A stretch of DNA of 64,000 nucleotides from Paramecium tetraurelia (taxonomy: Eukaryota). This document shows, in pieces, positions 54,171 to 64,000 of this stretch. The stretch spans positions 186,001-250,000 of the forward strand of contig CT868130.1 in assembly GCA_000165425.1 (NCBI GenBank), written 5' to 3'. The notes under the pieces were generated by a model that saw only the letters and a list, made by a program, of their open reading frames with translations, ran no database searches and was not told where the DNA came from. Every line of letters starts with the position of its first letter. Within the stretch, counting starts at the first letter, position 1. The translations under genes were made by a program, and so were the position numbers.

Positions 54171-54966
54171 AAGTTAAATATATTCTAATTCAATCGAATC
54201 AGATTTATAACACTAATATGAACTACTTTAAATAATTTGTAAAATAAAAATATTATATATGAATTGTTTAAGAACAATTAGATCTGGTCACCTTATAAGT
54301 AACATGCATGGATTTCTAAAAATAATTTTATCTTACATCAAGAAATATCAGTTCATCTAAGTGATACAAAATGTAAATAAGTACATATCAAACTAGGCTA
54401 CATATAAGAAAATTAATTTATAATTAGACTTTTACTAAAATTAATTGAATAGGGATGAAATTATATTGTATTATCTAATGATTTTATCAGGATGAATTTA
54501 TAATTATAAAATACTTTAATGAATGGGATGCCTGATGCAAATACATAATTTTATCAAAGTATTTGATAATTATTTTAAAATTTATCTACTCTTTGTGACC
54601 ATGTGTAGATGTGATAATTTATTAGTTTATAAAGTTAATAATTATTATTAATTTTGACAGATAATTAAGTCATAAAATATAATTTAAATGGAAGCCATCT
54701 AAAATCGATTTTATGACTATTAGGAGTCTTAGGTTTGGGAAGAAAGTGAACATTTTAAATTAAACTGATATTTATTAAGCTAACTGTTATTCAGTTGACT
54801 TTAATATTAATCAAAATAAAATAATTTCATTAAATTATACTCTTTCTATTATGTAAAGTTAATAAAGCTTGAGTTATCGTTTAAATAATTATCAAAAAAT
54901 AAGTAAATAATGATAAATTAGAACTAATATTTATATTTGTTAATAAAATATTAATTATTAATATTA

Positions 54967-55799
54967 ATGAATAATAATAAAGATATTTCAATCACAATTT
55001 AAACTAATTTGTTCTAAGGGTTGATGAATAGAGACCAATGTAAACAGTTGGCTCAAAAAATCATGAAACTCTATGACTAGGATAAAAACGATTTGATGGA
55101 AGTAAAAGATGCCGGAAATTTGCAATCCGATTGCTATAAAGCCATAAACCTTGATTTCAGTCCTTCCTAAAATGATATCAAAGGATATGCTAAAATATTT
55201 GATCGTAAATGATAGAATATAATACAATAGGGGATGGTACTGGAAAAATATCGGTAAACGATGTTGAACGCTTATGCTTTAAATATTTTGGAGGAGGTAC
55301 TGACTCAGCAAATTAGAAAGTATAAAAAGGAGAAACTATTGAATTAAGCCCCATATAAGCAGAAGATAAGGTGGATACTCCTTCAAAACTATAATATCAA
55401 TCTCCTTACAGAAGATGGGGGTCTTAAAAATCAACCTAAGGTTCCTAAACTTCTATATAATCTAACAAATAACCTGCTACGTAATCTTGCGTTGTACCTT
55501 GCACAACCTAAAAAGAACCTCAAAAATACAGTAAACTAGCTGAAGCTCGTCTTTAAGTAGCAAGAAGAATTTTTAAAATGCTAGATTAGGAAAATAACGG
55601 ATATATAACTGAAAAACATGTCACCCCATTGTTGGTCGAAACTTACAACAACATGGGAATGAAGATTGAACCAACAAGAGAGGATATAGAAATGTGGATG
55701 GAAATGGCTGATTAAGATAGAGATGGAAAAGTCTACTTGATTGATTATGAGTCTCTAGTCTTGAAAAGTCTAAAATCTTAAGGTATTGAAATTGATTGA
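54967..55799 (+). CDS. four-EF-hand calcium-binding protein of the ciliate TCBP-25/PCBP-25 type
   Basis: YKAINLDFSPSQNDIKGYAKIFDR..DGTGKISVNDVERLC and ARLQVARRIFKMLD..ETYNNMGMKIEPTREDIEMWMEMADQDRDGKV..YESLVLKSL resemble TCBP-25 as I recall it. Intron at ~55205-55229. Confidence 0.85.
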
Positions 55800-55804
55800 C
55801 AAAT

Positions 55805-55987
55805 TCATGTTCGTTAAATTTATAATTTTATATTTTGCAATTTTCCGATATTTTTAATGCACTCATCTAAAGAATAGTAACATTCACCTATTTCTATGCA
55901 TTGAATTATCATATCGCTATTCTATCCAGCACAACAAAAAATAATCGTGTCTATCATTACATTTTTATTATCTTATTAGGACTGCAT
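55805..55987 (-). CDS. putative 60-aa microprotein
   Basis: MQSQQDNKNVMIDTIIFCCAGQNSDMIIQCIEIGECYYSLDECIKNIGKLQNIKLQIQRT-TGA, 183 nt, with AT-rich sequence upstream. Confidence 0.45.
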
Positions 55988-56076
55988 ATTAATTAGTTCA
56001 ATACTGTTTTCTTTATTAATAAGTAAATTATTTACAATATATATCAATTATAATAATATATTCTATATATATTTAT

Positions 56077-58042
56077 TCATTTTTAAAGCATACTTTCTTA
56101 AACACGAGACAAAAAAGACTTTCTTGTTTTGAGTTATTCTAATGGCACTCTCTTTATAGTTTAATCAATAGATTTAATAATTAAATTATTTTTATCCCTT
56201 AATCTCTTAGAAATTTGTGATTGCTCAGTTGGTTATTCATGTATTGTAGTTTATTTGGATAAGTTTTATTCATAATCCGATACTAATGACTTAAGATTCT
56301 AATAATAATTTCAATTTAATTACCATTAATTCTCCTTCATTATAAATAGACTTTTTTTTAATTATTTATTGTATTTATAATCTCATTTTATTTTCTATAT
56401 CGTGTGATCCTTGTATAGCCAGCCTGGCTTTATTAATACCTTCTAGATGTTCTTATTCCTTAGATATATCTGATACAATTTTCATAATATTCGAATGAGT
56501 TGCCACTCTTTGATGAGTATACTTTTGGAATTTTAATAGTTTTTTTCCAACTATTAGATCTGATTAACAAACTTTATCAATTTCTTCTTATGAATTTATC
56601 TATTATTTCACCGATTTAAGTGATTTAATCTAGTTTTCACCTTAAAATGAAGTGAGCACTTTTTATTAATAATATAAATCTAGTTCTTTTTTAGCCTTTA
56701 GGGATTAAAAGTTTTCTATTTCCCTATGAGGAACTCTCATTAAAATTTGATCTATATCTGTCGTGAACCTAAAAGACTTGCTTTTTTAATGTGTTAAAAC
56801 AGGAGTTCTGTGAGAATGTTAAGGTGAAGGATTATTAGTAGTCTGTTTACTAATTTTTACATCATCCAATGAATTGATAGTTCTACATTTTTCATATTGA
56901 CGAGGAGTGTGTATATAAGATTATATAGTAGTTTCTTATTCAGTTAATCGAACTTGCTTTTTATTATTACAAAGAGATTCTTCAGGTTATTGTAATATGG
57001 AATAAATCTGTAGATTAATCTCTTTGTTATATTTTCCATAAAATCCATCATTTATTTTGGTCCAATAATCATTACTTATAATCTCAACATCGTTATGATT
57101 AGATTGGGGGAAGATTGGAGCCAAAATTGAGTTCAATTCTTTTGATTCTATCATGAATTATTTATACTAAAAATTACATATAAAAATTACCTAGTGAGAA
57201 TATCGAATATACTATTCTTCAATAAAAGTACTCAAACCATTATTATTTGTTATTCTGGACAACCATAATGCGATTTTATAAGTTTCCAATAATTTATTGT
57301 AATCTGATTGTAATTCATAAATAAAACCAACAATGTAGAGTGTAAAAACAATCCATGAAATTACTTTAAAATATTAATCCTCTAAATTTTTAAGGTGGTA
57401 ATCTTGATTAATTATATCAGCCAAAAGAAATTAACATTCAGTTATGGCTTCAAAGTAATAATTAATTGCAGGTTTAAATAACTTAAATTAAAAATGCAGA
57501 TGTCCAACTAATAAGTTATACTAGAATTTTAGCTTATTGAATCGAGAATCCTTATTATAACAAATGGGTTTCCAATAAAGTACACATCTAACATCTTCAT
57601 GTTATTTTGATAATTAAAATGTCAGCAATTAAATTTATGAAAATCTATAAAGAATATCCTTCAAGTAAAACTTTTCTATTAAATTTCTAATCAATTTTTA
57701 CTATATTCCTTGGCTTAGTTGTTTAACATTTCCATGTAAAACAAAAGGAATTGTTGTAACTTTCTCTGTAAGTTTAATGAACATTCTTATTTGTTCCCAT
57801 CTCTAGAATACTGCTTTAGAATCTTGATCAGACACACTATTCCTCTTCTTAGTAATTGAATACGAATTCGCCACCCTGTTTGCATAATCAATGATCTTTC
57901 GAATTCTTTATTAATTAATGCAAATCCAGTTTTGTATTTACCAGAACCTATTTTTTAATTCTCTCAATACGTATTAGCTTTGCTATTTCTAAGATTTGAT
58001 TTTAGAAATGATTATCTTATATAATCGTTAACTACTTAGCAT
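56077..58042 (-). CDS. hypothetical TPR-like/coiled-coil protein (~645 aa), distant paralogue of 25662-28862
   Basis: MLSSQRLYK...YNLLVGHLHFQFKLFKPAINYYFEAI...IVGFIYELQSDYNKLLETYKIALWLS...SLKAKKELDLYY...ESMLQK-TGA. Probable 24-nt intron at 57167-57190. Confidence 0.75.
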
Positions 58043-58393
58043 GACTTCTCATATTAAAAAAATTATAAAATCAATAATAGATTATTTTTTGTTTTTAGAC
58101 TTTATGTTATCTAATAAAAACAAACGGAATACCAATCATTTCTCTTCTTTCAATATATATACCCACTTCATTTGTGGAAAAATAGAAACTATTTTAAATA
58201 AATGAAACTCATAGGATTTTTTAAATTTAACATATTAAAAAGGTCAGTTATATTATATTTTGTTTAATAAGTATAATATTTAACATTGAAGTCAAGTAAC
58301 CATTGCATCAGTTCTTCGACTTAAAATACGATTTCTAAATTAATAATGCTTATCTTAGTTAAATTTTATGTTAATTTTAGTAATTATAAATAA

Positions 58394-60155
58394 TCATTTA
58401 TTATGTAGAGAACTTTTCAATCTTGAAGTACTACTATAGATGTTTTGCTAATTTAACGAAGTAAGGGTATTCACCCTCTCTTACAATGGCTTTTGCTGTT
58501 AAACATCAACTTAAGAGGAAGTTCCATGGCCATTACCACCACTTAACATTTAACTAAGTATCTCTTTAGTGTATTTAAGTCTTTTAACCATTTAGTTGTT
58601 TTCGCTTTCTAAAGCAGTGCTTAACATATAGGTTGATTTAACTAATTCCTTATCGATATAAGTAACCACCTTTAATTATTAAGTCAAAATAATTTGTGTA
58701 TTATCATTAAAAACTACTTAGACAGTCTTATCAGAGAGTCTAAAAATGATGGCATGCTTTGCCTTCATCCATTTTTTAACATAAATTTTTTGCCAAATTT
58801 ATTAATCAGTTTCATTAACAATTTCATTTTCTATTAAGTATCCCTTAAAATGAATCATCAAAGTGGATTTCTTTTGCATATCTGGAGTTTGTTCTCTTAA
58901 GGTTCCTTCCTTTTCTTCTCCATTTCTATCAATATAAATGTATTTGCTATGATATTAAATGATAAAATTACTCATCATTCAACATCAGCATTTTTGAACA
59001 GTCATTATAAAAAACTCCACATTGAAAATTATTGAAAACATATCCCAACCCATATTTACTTGAATAATCAACCCTGAAATTAAATTAATATAATTACCAT
59101 TTTTTAACATAGATTTGTGGCTCTTAAATGACATAATTCTAATTAAGACAACTTTCGATATTGGAACGTAATGGAATTCTATCCATACTTGCATATTGAG
59201 GACGTTATTTGAGATCAAGAGGTCTTTTTTCAGTGTTTTCAAATTTTGGTATACTGGTAGATTGTTATTTCTGATACTATCTCATGTATTATGAGGAGGG
59301 TGGACAAGCCAATGTGCTTAAAGGTAATAATTAAGGAATAAGACCGTGAAAGAATTCGTGATCTTAAATTTCTTAAAGAGTTAATCGTTTAGATGGTTCA
59401 GTGATAAGAATCTTACTGATCAGCTGTCTTGCTGCATTGCTAATGATACTAGATTCAGGGAATTAGTAAGCATTCATTTTGATTCTTCTATAAGTAGTTT
59501 TGACATCAGTTGTTTCAAAAGGAGGTTTGCCAATCAAAAGGGTATAAGCAATAACACCAAATGACCAAATATCTACTTCAAAACTATGACCACTTTTAGA
59601 TTCCAAGATTTCTGGTGCTATATAATTGGGTGTGCCACAAACAGTGCGTTTTCTTTCACCCTCGAATTCTATCAGAGTAGCTAACCCAAAATCTCCTAAT
59701 TTGACTTCCATTTTATCAGACAAAAATAAATTGCCTAATTTTAAATCTCTATGTATAACTTTATGCTTATGTAAATACTAAAGTGCAATTAGTATTTACA
59801 TAAGATAACATTACACTTCAAGTTCAGTTAATCTTTTTCTTCTTTTGAGTAACTCATTCATAGTCTGATTAGTGCATAATTCTAATAATATATAAACATT
59901 TTCATCATCCTCAAAATATCTATGGAACCCAACTATGTTTTGATGCTATAGACTGCGATGTATCTTGATTTCAGACATTAATTTTTATCTTGCTCTTGAT
60001 CTTGTAAGACTTGCCTTGCTAATTATTTTGCTAGCATAAGATTATTCTCCATGCTAAAATTCATAGCATTTTGCAAACCCTCCTTTCCCTAAGAATTTAC
60101 CCTTTACATATTGACGCACAGTTTTATCCTTACAAACTTCCTCTACAATATCCAT
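58394..60155 (-). CDS. PLK: Polo-like kinase
   Basis: [29 protein letters not shown] and [11 protein letters not shown]. Polo boxes [19 protein letters not shown] and [29 protein letters not shown]. Introns at 59074-59097 and ~58947-58971. Confidence 0.95.
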
Positions 60156-61059
60156 TTTTTTTTTAACGATTAAATTTAATATCAGAATTTATAATCATTA
60201 GTTCTGACCAACAATGCATCCTGGTACCACTTTTACTCTCTTTAAATTCCAGAAGGTGATTGACAGTGTCCCTTAAGGACTATCTCTACTATTTGTTGTT
60301 TGATTCTCAATTGAATGAGTGAATTATGGATAAAATTTGAGTTGAAAAAGTAAAGTAATTTTTACTCCATTCTTCCATAAATTATGCATAAAATTTAATT
60401 ACACACTTGATTCCTACTATGAGTAACTTCATTCTAATATATATATATTGAATCTCTTCTCTTTAGCGTCTTCTATCTGTAAAAATCACTAAATATCCAA
60501 GAGTTCAAATAGATTTTATTATCAATCATGACACAATCAATATTTTGCAGAATGTAGTCAAAATACTCAGTACATTTAATATTTAAAGTAAATGTAAATT
60601 AAATTAAACAAATTTAAATCTTATAATAATATATTCCAATCTTCTTAGTATTGTTCAATCTTCATAACTATTAACCCTTATATATATCTCTTTCATACAT
60701 GTATTAATAAATGAATCATTTATCCTTCGGTGTTCACTATTTCAAAAAGATTAATTAAAGACACATATGTATCTGGGTTATCTACTTTCAACAACATAGA
60801 GCATTATAACAATTTCCTTAACTTAAGTATTACAAATCATACTTTAATTGAAACACCACTTAGAAATATTTTTATTCTATAGTATTTTGCAAGGATATCT
60901 TACTCAAAGTTTAATTTCACTAATCACATTTGTAGAAAGAGTCTAATTTCTTTCTACAAATAAAAATTAAATACTCCACACTCTGATAATCATAAGTATT
61001 ATAAAAATAAGAACAATAAAATATTATATCTGAATGCTTAGTCTATAAATATTTTAATA

Positions 61060-63365
61060 ATGTAATCTATTCGTCAACAGCGTATGAATAAAATCATGCA
61101 AGTTTAAGGAGAAGTTGGATAGCATAAAGGATATGCAGCGATTAAAATTGCCTAAAATGTTCATGAACTCCTAAGAAAGAGTAAATCGGAAACAAAATGT
61201 ATTGGAGAACTAGCAATTCAGGATATTAGAAAAAAACTGCTGCAGGATTAATTTAACTCCATTAAAATGTATGATATTCCCAAAGGCGAAGACAAACCAG
61301 GGATTCAGTTCAAATCAGTTCACAATATGTATGATCTACAAACATTAAAGATGACGAAGCTATACAAAAAGAATTAACGAAATGATATAGAAAAGCAAGT
61401 TAGATCTTAACTAGCCAAAGAGCCAGATAAATAGTTATTCCTGTCTGAAATTTATGAACAGTTGGAAGATAATTCTGATGGCGAAGTACTAAAGAGGAAA
61501 TAAAAAGTTAAAGAAGAATCCTTAGCAACTCAGTCAAAAGAATATGATGACTCTAAAGATCAAATCACAGATCTTAAATAATGGACAAAGAAAATGAAGG
61601 AATTGAAAAAGAAGTAACAAAACAAAAAGAACGAAAGTGACATAATAGAACTACCAAGAAGCAAGGATAGAACCTAAAGCGAAATAAAGAATCCTTTAGT
61701 TCGTTAAGATTGTGCTCGAAATTAAAAAATTGACAAATCAAACTCACCTTAGAATACTTAAAACACTCCTAAATCTTATTAGGATATTATGAAAAATGCA
61801 GTTTCTAGAGCTAAGTAACTTAAGAGTTTAAATGAAGATCCAAGTGTAGAACGATCAATTTAATAATATCTTTAAAAGGCATCCACAGTGGCCTTAAATG
61901 AACTCAAAGAGATTGGAGAACTCAATGTTGACGAAGAGAAAGGTCTCTCAACAAATTTCGATTTCACTAATGAAGATGTCTAACGGATGTACAATACTCT
62001 TGTAAGAGTTCAGTTCTCATAATTCAAATCAGAGGCAGAAAAAGCAAAATTTTATTAAAAACAAACATAATTGATAGCTAATAAATTAATCCAAAAGATT
62101 AAATAAAATGAATAAATCATTGGTGCAAAGATTTCAGCATAAGAAAATCTAAGATTGGAGACACACGATTTCCATGATAAACTAATCCAAATCAAGTAAC
62201 TATCCTTGCAATTACAGCAAGAAATAGAAGAAATGAAAGACCCTAAATCATCATATAATATGTAGGTGAGTTAGTCTCGTAAGTCTTTAGTCAACTAATT
62301 TATGAGTAAGCAAAACAAAGAAAAGGAATTACAACAAGATTTGCACATCCTAAAAGAGAGTCGCATAGCTTATATACACAAAATTTTGTTCAATAAAAAA
62401 ACATTAGAATAAATAGATTCAGATCTACAAACCAAAAAAAAGGAAAATAAAAATATATAGAAGTGTCTCATCAATTTCTACTTCTAAATTTTAAAAAATG
62501 CTTAAGATGTTAGGAATACAGGAATAGCCTGGGTAATATCAAGACTAAATGCTCTTAATGAGAAATTGAATTATTAACACTTCCCAGATTATTTAGATCA
62601 AAAAGCGAAGGAATATTTACTACAAGTATATTTAATATTTAATCAAGAAAGCTTCTTTGTTGTAAGAAATTGAATAACTAGAGAAGGAACTAAGTGAATC
62701 CTTTAAATAGTACAAATAAGAATAATCATTTGATAATAGCTTAGCAATCATTCAACAAAGCTTATCTCATAATGACTCTTTAGAAATCTCTTCTCTGCCC
62801 TCTATATTTCCTTATGATAGCAATAAATTATCAGCCATTGACTTAACATAAGCAAGAATACAAGCAAGTAAAAGCAGTCGAAATAATTATCAACTTGACA
62901 AATTAGGTCCTATAACTCTCGGTTTGAAAAATGAAGATCTTGAAAATTTAGAGAATATGTTAATAAGGTTAAACTAAAAAAATCTACCTGTGACTAATGG
63001 GACTCTAATTTATAGAGAAACTTAAAAAAGAATCAAACAATAAATAAAATAAGAATAAGGAGGATCTATTGAAGTTTCTCAAATTAATGATTCATCAACA
63101 GTTTTAAAAGAGCAAGCCATTCATTCTTATGATAAATGCAACACTCAATTAAACAAAATAAAAATAAAAGTATATCTAAAAATAAATTAAGTTATTGCAC
63201 TTAGATGATGAATAAGTTACTCGAATTGTAAAAGAATTTGACTATAAGAATTATAGTAAACGATTTAACATAGATCCAATAACAGTAATCTCATGTTTAG
63301 TGGGAGGATTAAGATGCGATAGAGAGATAATTAAATAGGGAATTAAGTAAACTCACTATGATTGA
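61060..63365 (+). CDS. hypothetical coiled-coil protein with a conserved-looking C-terminal module
   Basis: MQSIRQQRMNKIM...; FYFQILKNAQDVRNTGIAWVISRL..FPDYLDQKAKEYLLQ; IVKEFDYKNYSKRFNIDPITVISCLVGG. Two tiny introns. Ends THYD-TGA. Confidence 0.75.
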
Positions 63366-63587
63366 ACCAGAGTATTGATTATATCATTTTTTTAAATAAC
63401 TAATCTAAAAGAATATTAAATTAAAACTAAAGTTGTCTAGGCTTTATTCAATATATCATTCATTTCTCTATTCATAATAATTGAACCACCGTAATAAAGA
63501 TAAAAGAAATAATAATGAAACATTAAAGTAAAATAAGGTTCACATAATATATTAAAAAGGATTTATAATATGATAATTTTTTTAATT

Positions 63588-64000
63588 TCATTTATTCTTT
63601 AAAAATGTCTTTTTACTTAATAAGTATCCTCCTGTCAATATCAATGTCAAGAGTGTCACAATACTAGCTACATCAACAATGGATATGCCATTTTGCTTTT
63701 TCAACTATTAAATTTAATAGTCAGAATAACCGAAGGGACTAAATGATAATGAAATTAGGAGAATACTTTTGATGTAAGATATCATTAACTTTCTTGATTT
63801 GTTCCAAAAAAGGTTTATCATCATATGAAGAGATTGGGATAAGTTAAGCAGTTTAAAAGTGACAATTTTATTCAATAAGTAAAAAGTCTATAATGCTTAA
63901 TAGTCTTTTTTCAATTTGTTATTCAGCTTCCAATTCATCGTATAAACTAATAGCATATGTTTTACTGTGAATAGATGTTATAATGAGGGACTGATTTTCA
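63588..64000 (-). CDS. 3' end of a tail-anchored membrane protein (partial; identity not determined)
   Basis: A 28-nt intron at ~63738-63765 gives ...NDILHQNPFGYSDYQIQQLKKQNGISIVDVASIVTLLTLILTGGYLLSKKTFLKNK-TGA, a TM helix plus basic tail. Confidence 0.65.

Noticed and set aside
63588..64000. Calling the tail-anchored fragment Miro GTPase, and a plus-strand ORF from 63605
   Set aside because: The tail anchor is compatible with Miro, but no diagnostic GTPase or EF-hand motif lies in the window. The plus-strand frames hit TGA early.

Overview
AT-rich, gene-dense eukaryotic DNA that reads as ciliate macronuclear sequence, most likely Paramecium. Genes open only when TAA/TAG are read as Gln and TGA is the sole stop, introns are 20-30 nt GT..AG, and many intergenic gaps are only 5-60 bp. 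The supplied standard-code ORF track therefore fragments real genes and adds many shadow ORFs. I translated about 35 genes by hand with code 6. They include RPA3, an Ulp1 SUMO protease, a catalytically dead USP, a C2H2 finger, CDC20, a RINGv protein, a tail-anchored TPR protein, ATP synthase beta, a BTB/RING-like protein, M1 aminopeptidase, a DUSP-USP, a ~2,400 aa Cys-rich surface protein, TBCE, a class I glutamine amidotransferase, a TTP-like tandem CCCH protein, an ankyrin protein, a TCBP/PCBP-25-type EF-hand protein, a Polo-like kinase, several coiled-coil unknowns and decayed pseudogenes. The most novel item is a gene at 12258-14250 that appears to encode four tandem truncated (2/2) globin domains behind a long N-terminal extension. 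Two distant members of an unnamed TPR-like family also occur in the window. Several conserved genes carry single-base insertions, probably assembly errors. Coordinates were counted by hand and may be off by a few bases.
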